A model generated the notes under the pieces. That model was not told the DNA's origin. It searched no databases and saw nothing but the letters and a program-made list of their open reading frames with translations. 64,000 nt of DNA, from the NCBI RefSeq assembly GCF_003704095.1, contig NW_020846006.1, positions 186,001 through 250,000 on the forward strand, given 5' to 3'. The DNA comes from Pocillopora damicornis. Taxonomy: Eukaryota. The position numbers and the translations under genes are program-made. This document shows positions 1-14,482 of this stretch, in pieces (within the stretch, counting starts at the first letter, position 1; each line of letters opens with the position of its first letter).

Positions 1-59
1 TCGTAAAAGATGTTATAGCTCATCATGGCGGTAAGTAATAATAAACCGTTTGATGGTTT

Positions 60-465
60 GTCTCACGATGAACCACTTAAAGGAGATCGTGACATTTCAA
101 CTGCTTACTGCTAGTCTTCATCAGGCGATGGAATCGACTGCTTAAAGGTTACTATTTCTATCACGGCGATCTGATGCGATTGGCGGATTTCGATCCCCAT
201 TATTCCGGTGAGTACTGGTTTCCCGGTGTGTTTCTTCATCGTTGGTATCTACGCTTAACGAATTTCGATTCTGTTATCCCTGTGGATGTTATCAGGGTGA
301 AGTCTTATGTGGATAGCTTCCTTGACTCTTCTAGTGCACCAGTGAGTCTCGATCAATAAACTTTACTTCGTTCCAAAGCGGGCGGTGGCCGTTCTGGTTG
401 GCGTGCTCAGAAACGGCGGAGGTCTGGGTACGGGCTAAACGTATATCCCTCTCGTGTTCTTTCAT
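60..465 (-). mobile_element. Decayed Penelope-like retroelement 3' end (GIY-YIG endonuclease C-terminus plus tail with hammerhead motif)
   Basis: Minus strand reads KEHERDIRLARTQTSAVSEHANQNGHRPLWNEVKFIDRD/HWCTRRVKEAIHIRLHPDNIHRD (one frameshift, then a stop), typical of the PLE GIY-YIG C-terminus. It is followed by a CTGATGA...GAAA.GTC motif. Confidence 0.75.
86..129 (-). ncRNA. Degenerate minimal hammerhead ribozyme motif (PLE type)
   Basis: Minus strand: atcgc CTGATGA agactagcagtaagcagtt GAAA tg TC acgat. Core boxes present, stem II gact(a)gc/gcagtt, stem I atcg/cgat; several C>T-type mismatches. Confidence 0.55.
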
Positions 466-969
466 CCTCTCTTCCATAGGTCTTCCCGTTTCACCAATGT
501 AGATTTTGCCGCATTCACAGGGAATCCTTTAAACCACGCTGTCCTGTCTACCTGGATTGACACCTCAATCAATTCTTGAGGAATCTTTTTGGTATTTAAA
601 ACAATATCGCACGCACCAATCAAATCACCGCAATAGGGTATGTGTCTCACACCAATCAGATTGCTGCATTTGTGTATTCTTCTTGCACCAGTCACATATC
701 TGCAGTTGGATATATCGCATGACTCAGAGCGTTTAGGTTCTGCTTTCTCTCCAAAGATGTCATGAAATCAGAAATGACATTGAAAAGAAATTGTGGGCTC
801 AATTGGTAAGTGTCGTGGCTTGTGGCCGTGAGAGCCACGTCGCTTCAGTTCGAGATAAATCGCGATTAGAAAAGTTGGCAGGTAATTTTTTTGTCATTTT
901 TAACTAAAAACGTGTTTTGTTTACCGCTCCTTCGCTCACAACGCATCAGTCAAACAACTTGAAGTCCAT

Positions 970-2015
970 CACGTACTATGACATCGTCTTCATCGTTCGT
1001 TGCGCGTCAGTAGGCACATAAAGCCGTCACATTGTCCGCCCAACTCCATCCCCCCTGTCGCGTGCCGCCTTGGCCACATTCCAGCTCTTCCACCCCGCTT
1101 TGCCTCTCTTTTGACAGTCCTTTTCCAAGTGGTCTTTGGTCTCTGGTGTCCACCCCAATGCCTTAAAACAGTCGTTCACACCCTCTTTCCTGAGTACGTG
1201 TCCTAACTAGTTCCACTTTCTTCTTCGCACCTCGCAGCTAATTTCATTGATCTCTGTCATTTCAGCTACTCTCTTGTTTGTCATTTTTTGCTGCATTCTA
1301 TTCCTCAGTATCCGTCTTAGGCACTGACATTGGAAACTATTCAGTTTTCTTTCATCGGTCTTTTTGATGATCATCGGTCAGACTAAAGTCTTGAATACGC
1401 GTATCTTACTTCTCCTTCCGATTCCTCTGGCTGCTCACACATCTTCCATAGCCTCTGGAATGCACCTCGTGCCTTCTGCATTCTGTTCCTAATANNNNNN
1501 NNNNNNNNNNNNNNNNNNNNNNNNNNNNNNNNNNNNNNNNNNNNNNNNNNNNNNNNNNNNNNNNNNNNNNNNNNNNNNNNNNNNNNNNNNNNNNATGTTT
1601 CCTAATATAAACATCTGTTGCCTGCTCTTCTCAAAGCTTCTTGTCTACACGTTCCTTGATCCGTTTTAGCAGCATCTTGCAGAATATTTTACTGATGATG
1701 GGTAGCAAAATTCGCTCCTCTCTAGTTGTTGCAGCCACGCAAATCATCTTCCTTGAATATCGTGACATTAGTCTCTTCTTCCACACCTCCGGCCACCTTT
1801 CAGTTTCCCAAAGCCTATACTTGTGGTGTATTCCATGTCAGCTCTCAGTAGGTCTGCGCCCACTTCACCTACTCCAACCGCTTTCCCTGGCTTTGTCTTC
1901 CTCAATGCTTCCTTAACTTCTTGTATTTGCCATCTTCCTACACCCATTTCCTCGATCTCCTCCAGTTCTTCTATTTCATCTTCTTCCACTGGATTTGTTG
2001 GGTCGTCTCTATTTA
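970..2015 (-). mobile_element. Decayed RTE-clade non-LTR retrotransposon (RT C-terminal part and 3' end), interrupted by N-gap 1495-1594
   Basis: Minus-strand fragments EEDEIEELEEIEEMGVGRWQIQEVKEALRKTKPGKAVGVGEVGADLLRAD and RPKTTWKRTVKREAKRGGRAGMWP/AGWKSWNVAKAAR...WADNVTALCAY, typical of RTE ORF ends; multiple frameshifts. Confidence 0.7.
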
Positions 2016-4498
2016 GAGTGCCTGTGACACGAAATTTTTTTTTTTTGCATTCTCTGGTCGATAGCTTTATTTAAAATTAGAGATAAAATCGATCTTAGCG
2101 CCTAGCGGGTTCTCCTTGACCATTTTTCTGTGCATTGACAGTACGATTTGACGGCCAAAAAGTGTCCCCATTAATCTTTTGGACTGCATTTGCGCTTTTC
2201 CTATCGTATAAAAATCCTACCAATTGTAGTTTCCATCGCATTTTCATAACAGAAATAAAGTGCAAGCCCTCTCCTTAGCTGACCGATATTCTTGAACATT
2301 GCGAAACCTCTGGCGGATACTGGCATAAACACAAGCTCCAAGGGGCCGCGTATTCTCCTAACCTAGGTTTCCGATAATCCATCCCACGAGCCATCAGTTC
2401 CCCCCTGATCTCAAGAAATTAAGAGTAGCCACAGTAGCAGTGTCATTCTGATAACAGTAATGCAACGAAGCAAATAAAGAAACACAAATTTTATTAAATT
2501 AGGTGGTAGCGAATCCAAGGGCCCTCAGCCCATGAGTAAAATCGGTGCATACGAAATATTCATTTACAATACTGATGTCAGTTATTTGCCATTGAGTGAA
2601 ATGGGTCATACGGCAATGCTGCACTTAAAACTAAAGAAGTTTTTCTCAATTAAAATTCCTATTTGAGATTAACTTGATGACCATAAACTCACTCGTTTTC
2701 CGTTTGACCGGTTCGACGACGATAACCTCTGCCTTTGAAATCTTTGAGAAAACGAGCAACTTGCAGTGAAACTACTCGATGAAAAATTATCGTGCCTCGT
2801 GATACGGCTGATTCTTTCCTCAAAAGTTAGCTTTTGGTTTGCAAAGGAAATAACTCTACAGCAACGAAACTCTACAGAGCACTGACCAAGGGGAACCTTA
2901 GCCTCACTTGCTTCGAAGGAATAAAATATTATGGCAACAGAAACGAACACCCATTCTTATGATAGATTTCGTCACAGAAAACAAAACACAAACGCAACAA
3001 ACTAAACATTCAAACTGAACTCTGCAGGTGAGAAACCGTCTCTGTCAGTCTTCGTGGAAATCTTCGTTTAATGCACCGAGGGTTAAGCCGTACTCGCAAC
3101 TTCTATTTCTCCTTTACTACTTAAGTACGATGTATCCCAACCCTCGGTTGGAGAATGGGCGTTGTGTGACGAGACCAAAATAACGGCTGCGAAGAAGACT
3201 ACAGTAGGCGAAGTACCAATGCATTTTATTTTTGCTTAGATGAATAGCGAGGTTTATCTTTTCTTTCTCTTAGGGTTAAATAATTCGTTCGCTGAAAAAT
3301 ATGCGCAGCATGCTCACATTCTTATTTTTGCTTGGAGAGTTGGTGTATCACTTTAAATTCTTTTTTTCTATATAAGCGACATGAAAAAGCCAGTTCAGGT
3401 TTGAAAAGAAAATTTTTAGATATGCTTCATTAGATATTTTTGTCGTAAATCTTTAATATAATAATAAGTGCCGTTACAAGCCGTGGATGCGTGAGATACT
3501 CAGGAGTTTGTAACCAAATTTTTTATCTATTAGTTAGCTTGTTTTTTTATGTAACCAGTGCTTCCTTCCAGCATTAAAATGAAGGGTACGACAGATTAAG
3601 TTTTACACCAAATCAAAAACGGCACAAATTACTTGAAGGTGCCATTCGAATCCTGACAGGATCCGGCTGACGGTGATCACGAAAAAAAAATGTTTTGTCC
3701 ACGGACCGGAAAACTCGACTTTTTCATTCCTCCAAGAGATGATTTCTCCATCCATATTATGATAGAAATAATACGCACAGGGAACAAAGAAGAAAATATT
3801 ATACAAAACAAAGTAGGAATGAAAAAGGGTACGGTATAGTTAAGATGATTGGATGTAAAGATTACGAATGTAATCGCTTACCATAAACAAAACAAGAAAA
3901 TCATTCACCTACTTATTTCTAGCATCAGAGAGCAAAAAGTTCTATAAACCATCCAAGGTTAAGGAGCTTCGCCCCATTACAAGTTCGCCCCCACCACCTC
4001 TGCAAGCTCGCCCCATGAAGTGTTGCGCGTTCTCCCCCCACCTTCACCAGTTCATCCTCAAATCGTTCAACTCGTTTTTAAAATACGAAAGAATCTCAAT
4101 TAGGCCTTCCATTGATGGAAGTGCTCTAAAGACCAGGTTAAAAGGCCATTTAAGTCCACACAAACTGTCAAAGTATTTTATTCGAAGTGCGTGTCTTGAT
4201 TTCCCTGATCTCAACATAACTCTGCGCGCTTGGCTTTGATAAGGGAAATAGGGCGAGACAAGTACGCAAAGTTTCACGAGTAACTAAGGCCCCTGAAAGC
4301 CCACTAGGTCGGTACATTTTATTTCCAATTACACCACCTACTTTACTGGATCGGGTGAAGTTGCTTAAAGTGACGACCAAATGGGTGTTTGGGTTAAGAA
4401 ACCTCGAGCTTGTTTAAATATTTTCCTATTAGCCGTTCTTGCTTGTGCCAGGTCTCATTATGGTTCGAGATGAACGAAATGTGTTGAGCAATGATCTG

Positions 4499-4533
4499 CT
4501 GACGGCCCCTGACGGCCCCTGACGGCCCCTGAC
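4499..4533. repeat. 10-bp tandem repeat (CTGACGGCCC)x3.5
   Basis: Directly visible: ctgacggccc ctgacggccc ctgacggccc ctgac. Confidence 0.9.
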
Positions 4534-7500
4534 CTTACTGGACAGATGGTCCGGGTGAATAATTATTCTCCACACCACATGATCCAAAAAGCAGCAGAAT
4601 TTTATGATCTTAGTTGATTCTAAGATTCTTATTCTACTCCTTGCAGCCATATCCTCTTTCTCTTTTTCCTCTCAGGAAATTTTCCTAAAAACAGGTTAAT
4701 GATTGTTGGGTAAGGCTTTCGACAGGAAGGTACTTGATGTTCAGTTGCCCACTTCCCTTGAGAGAAACCTTTGTGAAATTTCAAATGAGCTGTTGTCCGT
4801 GGCTTTCCAAATTTTTCTTATTTCCTTAACTTGAAGCCTCATCAGTTTGTTATCTTTAATAGGAATTGACGAAGAGCTCAGTTAGTAAAATTATCGCTTA
4901 ACGGTTTGCGTACCGTATTTCTTAAAAAAGGAGTTCAAATTATGTTTTTTTGTGGGGTTTGGTGTACTAATTTGCCTACCTAGGTGAATGGTAATTGGTT
5001 AGAGGTGACCTTGTCTGAAAGGCTAATCAAATGAAAGTATTTTCACCTGCAGTCCTACAAAGTGTGAAATGTCCTACTGCATGGCGCCTGCGGGTCTGCT
5101 TGAACTAACAAGGTAAGACACCAAGGTGACAAGTCTTTAGAAGAATTCATTACGGATTCCTATTTTCTCTGTGTTCCCAATTCTTTCTCTCGTTTCATCA
5201 TCAGTAGGCCATATAGAAACCAGAAACACAGTAGTGATTACTTCTAAACCCAAAGTTGCGTCTCTCGTTCGAACCAACGGCCACTCTCATTCTAACAACC
5301 AGCGTGAAATACGACGACGTCGGACATAGATGTCTAGAAATACCTGAGTGAGACGCTTAAATCATTTTGACATTAGTTATTACGCGTGATGCATCGCAGG
5401 AATAGAAATTTCATGTATTTGATGGCGCACTGTTGGCTTGGTATCACGTTTAGACGCAAAGTAATTTACATGCACTTAGAGTAGATAACATTACAAGTCC
5501 CGCAAAACGACAGAGATTTATAACCTAATCCGTAAATCCACCAATGGCGTGCGGTTTCCCTAAGGATTTCAAGCCAAACAACCTCACTCCAAAAAGGTGC
5601 CGCGTAATTAATCAAACTTGACAGCTTTCATTAATTATCGCCAACGATAGGCGACAATCTGATTAAATATCTACGCCAAAGACCCGCCATGACAGTAGAA
5701 TTTCTTGAGGTGCTGCCTTGTTGCGGTAGATTGCTTTGTTAGTTTCATTACTTTTTTCATATCTAATAACAAGAGAGAATCTTCTATTCAAACGCCTTGT
5801 GTTGTAGTGATGAGCACTCGCAAATTAAAATGTTGATGTAGTGTGACTGGAATGGTGATTTTGCATCGAATGGATCAACGGAACGCCAAACTCGGATGAC
5901 GCACTTGAAGTAACGCTCAAAATAAAGTAAGTACACCGATTTTCTATTTCCCAAGTTCTTGAAATTGACGAGTGAATGCACATTGCACTTCTTATCTGTT
6001 GAAGACACCTCGAAATTAGGTGTTACTGTGGGGGTCGTCGATTTCCGGTAACACATTTCCTCGTGGTACGTTTTACGGGAAATGAAAACATCATTATAAG
6101 GCACTTCATTTATCTATGGATACTTTCCATAAGAAAAAAACATTTTCCAGTATAATTGTCATGCTTTTTTTACCACATGTAAGTTGCCCTCGCCGCCTTC
6201 TACCAAACTATTCGGACTGAACAGTTTAATTTTGATTTGATTCTCCACCTTAAATATGGGGAATCTACGAAGGGTGATTTTTGCACAAATGTTAAATGTT
6301 TACTCGTTTTTGCTTGTTGTCGTTTCTTGAAGGTTCTATTCTTTGTTTAACTCTGGTATTCGAAAATTTACAGTGGTGACTATTAATCAACCGCACTCGG
6401 TATTGTGGTTCTGGTCTATAGAGTTATAGAGCACAGTAGTTCTTCAGTGTTAATTACGTTGGAAAGGAGGGTGAAAAAAACCTTTAATACGCAAACTAAC
6501 AAAGAAATAGTGGGCTCCTCTTTGATTCAAGAGGGCGAGTATTGAACTTCACTTTGAACTGATTATTTTGTAACAAACGTAACCAGTGTCGATTGACTTC
6601 GCAATAAAAGAGGTCGAGTTCAGCCACAACCCTAGTGTATATGTGTCGCTTGAAAATGAAAATTTTGAAGCCCTTTAGCTGTCCTGAAATGCAAATTATT
6701 CATTATTCCACGATGTTTTATGTCTTAAAATGTAGGGGGTGTTTCTAACGAGAAGGGTAACCATTAGGGCCCAGATTCAAAGAGGAATTTGAGGAGAAAG
6801 CAGGCAATTTAGAAATGACAAACTCAAGTTAATTGGAAACGTAGAAAGAGTTATAAATCACTGCAAACTTTTGCCTTTAGTTTATGTGGACATTGTTAAA
6901 AAGCCAAAACGAACAATGAGCACAAAACACTCCTTTTCTCTCCTTGATTAACTTAAGTGTCATACTCTCATCCTAGATACGATTCAAATGTAACTTCGAA
7001 GAAGTGATTTTGGAAAGCAAGCGAGTCTCCGGGAAAGGAAACGATCTCCCTAAAATAAAGAGGTATTATTGACTCCTGCATTTAAAGCACATAACATGAC
7101 GATGATTCAGACTTAGACGGTTTGACATCTAGATGGCACGTTAAAACTGTCATGAAAAGATTTTAGACTTACTACAGACCAGAACTAGCCACAGTGACCG
7201 AGTTTTCACCATTATTGTTGTAGTACATCCGATTAAATTTTTTGGCATGTAGCATTCGCTTTTGTCTAGGAACCATTACTCCTCTCTTAAATAGTTCGAT
7301 ACACACTCAATAATATTTCCTTCCTTAGATGGCTAGCACTGCTGCTTGGGTCGAAAAACAACAGAGAGAACCAAAAACTCATAAACACTCCTCGCAAGTA
7401 ACCTTCGCGGATATTTTTCCACTCTGTTTAGAACCCCACAGTTTCTTTAAGTGTGAAGTGCAGATTAGTTCTAAATTGAAAAGAATTACTGCCTATTAGA

Positions 7501-8139
7501 AGATGCCATTTTCACACCCTCAAATGTTGCCGCAAGGTTCCTAGAGCATTAAAAAGTAGACGCGCTGGCGACTGAGGTGCGAAAGAAGCCAGTTCAACAA
7601 TACACAGCCGGGATGATGCAAGAAATCTCTTGTTTTCGTTTTGAAAACACCACTTTTGTCTGACGTACTTGACTGTCAAGCCTGTCGAAATAGCTTTCGG
7701 ATTTTCACGTTTCTAGTAAAATTGGAGAAGTTTATCATATGTATTAGATGATTAATACGCAGAAGTTTCTGAATTGTTAAAAGAAAGTGAGAAGCGAAGG
7801 GTTTTTCCTGAATATTCTAAGGTAACAAAACAGGATCAGCAGTGTTCGGTTTTTTCAACATTTAATAACTGAATGTGGATTAAGTCAAATCGTTTGTTGA
7901 TCCTCGGGCCGTTCCTTGGTTTTGACGCTTACTGTTTGCTAGTTTATCAGAGAATTCGGAGGAACCAAACTGAATGTATGATGGTTATGATACATAAAAT
8001 CACAGATAAGAACTCCAACAAAACAAATGAGGAGAATGCAGAACGAGCCAGTAGAGGCCAGCATGGCTTCGATACGGATATTAGGGCCACGATTTAAGGT
8101 CATCGTCATCTCTAAAGATGAAATGAATGAATGCATATC

Positions 8140-9146
<1,007 letters not shown>

Positions 9147-9194
9147 TGTAAGTCGCCCACGTCTTCTTTGTGTTAATACAAGAGCGAACACACA

Positions 9195-9335
9195 TTAATG
9201 ACTGGTGGAGTTCGTATTGTTTCTTATCGGATTACGCTCTCTCTGCTAGCAGACGTTACTAATTACAGGGGCTGAGATTTTTTTACGTCAGCCGGACACG
9301 TCCCATTGGTTGTTAAGTTGTCAACTGACAGGCGT
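9195..9335 (-). promoter_or_regulatory. Putative Gbx proximal promoter
   Basis: CpG-containing region just upstream of the Gbx ATG with a CCAAT box (ATTGG ~9306), CRE-like TTACGTCA (~9283), TAATTA (~9260) and TGACAG (~9326). Confidence 0.4.
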
Positions 9336-11759
9336 GAAGAATAAACCGAGCACAAGGGCAAAAATCCTTAATACTTTCAATTCAGTCAAACTAATCAATG
9401 TATAATGAAACTTGATTTTTCTTCATTGTGTTAAAAATTATTAAATACTACAAGATATTTTCATTTCTTAATTGCCCGGGCGGTATTTTTTTTAAAAAGA
9501 ATTTTGCTGTTTGAACGACACGCTAATTACTCGTAGTGTGAAGACAAACAGATCCTGAGTTTCAGAATAATTCATTCAGATGCTGCGAAGTACACAGCAC
9601 CCACACAGTTGAGCTTTTCCGCATCTATGACCTGACCTCGCTCTCTGATCACCCTAAATCATCGCTCCTACCATTAAGTGTCGCGTATCAAGACTGAAAA
9701 ATACTCTGTTTGATTCTCTATCTTCAAGTTTGAAGCTTCTTTCAACCGGTTTGCCTCAATTTTTTTGCTTGTGATCTACTCGCGGTTGTTACCTAGTAAA
9801 AGGTTTACGTAACTGTCGACTTTGACGCCTTAGACTTCTTTCCGTTGACACCTTGTACAAACTTCCGAGGTGGAACAGGCTAAAATAATGATGTATTATT
9901 TCATCAGAAGAAGACAGATATGATTTCAATTGCCTCGGTGGTCTTTTTAAGAATAAGTGCAAATCATTAAGAGTCTGTCTTCCCTTTCCTTCCGCAGACA
10001 GGTGACCATTTCTATGTCTTCTATGGTAAATGGATACATAACATCAATAACAATACCAACTTAGCATAAGAATGTAACTGGACCGACCGAAGACAGAGCT
10101 CGAAATACTGTTGGTTCAGTTTAACAAGTCTCGAACTTGCAAGAGGGCCAAGAACGCGTGAAGAGGAAGTTATTTGAAACGACTGCTAATCAAGGTGATA
10201 TCACCATGTTTGTCTGGAATACAGTGCTGTAATCCAAATACATCTTACTCACTTGCAGAAATCCCATAACTACTTTAATATAATAAAGTTAAACGCAAAG
10301 GTAAACAAGATGCAATCGAAACCCTTCAAAACCCGAAACCAAAAGCCTTCAAACTGACCAAACCGACCATCCAAGCCCTTCAGTTGTTGCCACTAAAAGT
10401 GTGAAAAGTTATTCAGTGAGAGGCGCCTTCGGGTCTATCAGCCTGTACACAAAGGACTAAATCTGATCAGATTAACTGGTTACGTGCTGATTTTTTTGGT
10501 AATTACCACAACTGATGACATTATTCATTAAATTGTCGTGTGTCCTCAACAGACGATGCCGACTTCGTCCTTGTGATAATCTCTTAAGCTGTTCCAGACC
10601 AAACAACTATGCATTATGCATTTGCTAGACTATAATGAGTTCTGTTGGTTTGTTCTGTTCAAACATTAATTGTTTGCAATAATGCTAACAATAATATTAA
10701 TGATCATAGTAGTGATCATAATAAAAATAATAACGATATTGATAATGATGATGACTGTTGCTAAGCCTGGCACCGACGGAGATAACCTTTGCCTAATGAT
10801 CCGGTCTAAACCGGTCTAAGGGTGAATGATAATCAAACATCCGTATGTTAGTGCAAGATACTATATATAGCATGCGCGAAAAGCTTCATTGCAGGAACAA
10901 CATAACACAAACGTGGGTATATGAGTAACAAGCGGACCCAATACGCGTGCGCTATAAACATGTCTGCAAATTTGTTAAACTGAGTTAGTGTGCAGCCTAA
11001 TGCGGGGCGCCTGCTCCAGTAAGTTGCACCCCACACGTGCGTGATGTGATGTGCAGTTAGCTAACGAACAAGCCCTTTTCAAGTATCTCGTGGCTCTCTA
11101 GAAGTCTAAGGACTCGACTCTCACAGATTTCGCGAGAGGCCCGTGAGGTATACTTTCAGCAGTGACAGTTAGAGTCTACTCGCAGGTTAATATGTACATA
11201 TAACATAATACACTCTCGTGTATGTTGTATTTGTACCATGGCATTTACAAAGAATCCAAATAGCTTCCTGTTGGTAGGAATTTGTGGAAGCAGTGATGGC
11301 ATCTTTTCCTTTTCCTTAAGGGGGAGGTGGAGTTAGGTCAGGCAAGTCTATAACTTGACTGAATTTGTTCAGAATTGGGTGCAAATATCATTGATTAATA
11401 ACCATGGTTGACTCCTTTTCGTTATTGACGGATTTGCGCATGTGCAAAAAAATAATGTTTCCCCTTATTCTTGATTTCAGTGTAATATTTGGTACGCACT
11501 GATCACTTTTTCTCTTTGAAAATAATTTTTAGCTTTATCTCGGAAACAGACGATCTAAAAATTTTCACTGCGCGTTTTGGGCACTTTTCCCGATTCTCAA
11601 AGAATGTGGATTGATGCGAAGGCATGTTTGATTCACATGTAGAATATCTTGGATGTAGATGCTTTCCCGTAGAGGGACTATCACAAAGGGCACTAGCCAT
11701 TCAGAATGGCATCAAGGTGCAGCTAGAGCCTCGAAACGATATAACATCTACTACCGGGA

Positions 11760-12250
11760 CATCCAGTCTGTTCAAAATTCTGTTCCTCACTTTGTCTTCA
11801 AAACTAAGAAATTTGATCGCATTACTCCTACCTGGCTTCCCGTTAGGTGTCGTATTGTTTCTTAAGACTTTTCTTTTAGTTTACAAATCTTTTAACGCCA
11901 TGATCCCATTGTATTTGTGAGAACTTTTAGCATATCGCAAGAGTTCGTTTTCACCTCGATCTACTTGCAACAATGACCTCAATGAACCATCTTCGAGAAC
12001 CCGCACTTATGGTAATCGGTCTTTCGCTGTGTCTGCCTCAAGAATGTGGAACTTGTTGCCGCCTTTTATTCGTAGAAGTTCATCAATTCCATTTTTAAAA
12101 GAAACTTTGAAAACTGGCCTTTTTGAAAAGTTTCTCAAAGAACATTTTAAAACTTTTTTTCTGCCATTATTGTAAAGTGCCAAGGACAATTTTTTATGAG
12201 TTGTGCGCTCTAGAAGCACTCCATTATTATTATTAATATCATTATTATCC
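11760..12250 (+). mobile_element. Decayed L2/CR1-type LINE 3' end
   Basis: Fragments IQSVQNS...FKTKKFDRITP..WLPVRCRIV, LLVYKSFNAMIPLYL, RTYGNRSFAVSASRMWNLLP, FLKETLKTGLF, ending in an (ATT)n tail at ~12222-12248. Confidence 0.75.
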
Positions 12251-13757
12251 CAAGTTCGTCAGCTGTCAGAGACTTCCACATTCGCCTATTCTCAACGGGA
12301 TTTTTTTCGTCGGTGTATCCTTTATTTTAACTTGATGTTTAGCAAGAAGGGTGGTACTTCGTTTCTGTTTTCAGCGGATAACAATTTCTGAAAAATCTTT
12401 AATGCAGTACGTGGTACGCTGTGCAATTTGGTACAGTCGTCAATTCTGCACGCACGCAGCGTACCGCCATACCCAGAAGAAGCTGGTGAAACATCAAGTG
12501 GAGAAACTCTCGTCAATGTCAACTTAAGTCCATCTGTCAGTCCGCAAGTTCATGAGTTGTTGCACTACGTATTTCCATACTTATGGTAGCCCATGAAATA
12601 AGATAAGATCTCTTACCTTATTAATTCTGTGAGCACAAGCCGCACACACTATGTGTTCTTGGTTAATAATTGTTGACACGAAACGAACAAAATCAATAAA
12701 GCTACTATGAATAAATCTCTGAAAATGAATTAATGAGTTGTCAGTAATCGGATCCCTGTGTTTCCGCAAACAGCTCTGGGGTCGCCACAGGGCAAACATT
12801 TCAAGTTGCTAGAAAGAAATGTATGGCGAAAGGTCGTTTGGACGTCCAAAAAAATCGATTTTGGAGAGAGATCAACGTTAGCGTTTGATCGAATGGATTT
12901 CGTTTCGAACTGATTCCACTGTTCAATTGAAAACAAAGTCATATAAACTAATCGTACATGAACTAAACTTGGAAAACGAACGTGCAATTTTGTAACGTTA
13001 TGATATTGTGAGGTATACATGTGATTAAAGGGACAATACTGCTTTTCGCATGTAAGCTGAGAAAACTGTGTGCACCCTTAAGTTGTTCTCTAATTTGGTC
13101 AATCAAATCACGTGACTTACCATTTCACTAAATGACGTCACGGTATCCATATCGATATCGAAGAAAATCGTTAGTATCGTACTTGGTATCGTATCGATTC
13201 GGAAAAACTGAGCGTCTGATTGGCTGAAATGTGTGGTGGCCGTTTACATTATCAATATTGTCATCATTCTATTGTCTCGGTAACCAATATGACCGCCGTG
13301 AAGTCATGCAACGATTAACTCGATCGATCGAAGAAGCTTGCGGAATGTAAAAATCTTGCCACAATGCTACTGGTACTTTCAATTAATGAAAGTTAATTAA
13401 GATAACTTTCTTAAGCGAAGGGAGGCGAGATAAAATTCTGAAACGAGATCTTCAGACCGTTTAGACTTTCGAAATGTCTAGAAAACTATAGCTAGGGGAA
13501 CGTAATTGATGTTTATTAAAGGTGAGCTTTAAGAAAAGGAAAATTTTAATAATCAGGTTCGATTTCCGCCGTTTTCTTGAATCCGGGGAGGAACGCAAGC
13601 CTCGTTAATGGTCAATATTCAGTGCCAGACAATCGTAGAAATAGAGTAAACCAGTTATCCTACGCACCTTATTGTACTACGATCTCGCATTAAGGGTCCA
13701 ACTTGATGGTCAAATCGAGTCCTAAAACCACTTACAAGTGGACCCTTCACTTATTGA

Positions 13758-14482
13758 TAGGGGACCACTCATTATTTATCACCTTTTNNNNNNNNNNGAG
13801 GGGAGGGTTCAAAGGATATTGGGGAATCACGAGAGGCGAGATTAGTCGCCACTGACAGAATATAAAGTGGGGGAGGGGAGGGTATGAAAATTTGATTGTA
13901 TCTTTTTACCCCATTCACAACCTCTCTTCAACTCTATTCCCTCTTTTAGGAGCCTGGCTACGCTGGTTACTGTTTTCTGATGGAGTTAGTTATTCCTATT
14001 GCATTGACTGAATGTAGAAAACATGCATTTAAAGCTGAAATTTAATTTGAACACGCTCGGTTGTCGTAAAGTTAAAAAGGGAACCGCTTGCTGTTCTGCT
14101 TATGTCAAACTTTTATACAATTCCCAGGGAGAACTAGTGACAAAACTATAGCGGAAAACGAGATTTATGAAAATTTTGTTTATACCAATTTGGATTAACA
14201 AAGTACAGTTAATTTTGTAGTAGATGATGACACATCTGTAGTAGTTGTTAACATCCGTTAAAAAGCTCTTTTATAGGGCAATAAGTTCTAGGCTGTACTG
14301 CCGGCATAGATTTTTGATATTAGTATAAGTATTTTTCGCTTAGACACCATAGGAGAGGGGATATGAAAATTACAACTACTAATGGAGTGGGAGGGCGTCA
14401 TCGAAATACTGTAGCTATAGCCCTACAGGGGGTGAAACCACTGTCCTCTGACTTCCCAGGCAATCAATAATGACTGGTCTTA
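13758..14482. repeat. G-rich MITE-like repeat with imperfect termini GGGACCACTCATTATT...AATAATGACTGGTC
   Basis: Imperfect inverted ends at ~13760 and ~14465. Related termini occur at 57003 and ~57745-57760 in the PDP intron. Confidence 0.4.

Noticed and set aside
3950-5050. Possible DNA-transposon (MULE-like) remnant with repeated TCGCCCC motifs
   Set aside because: No clear TIR pair, TSD or recognisable transposase motif could be established by eye.
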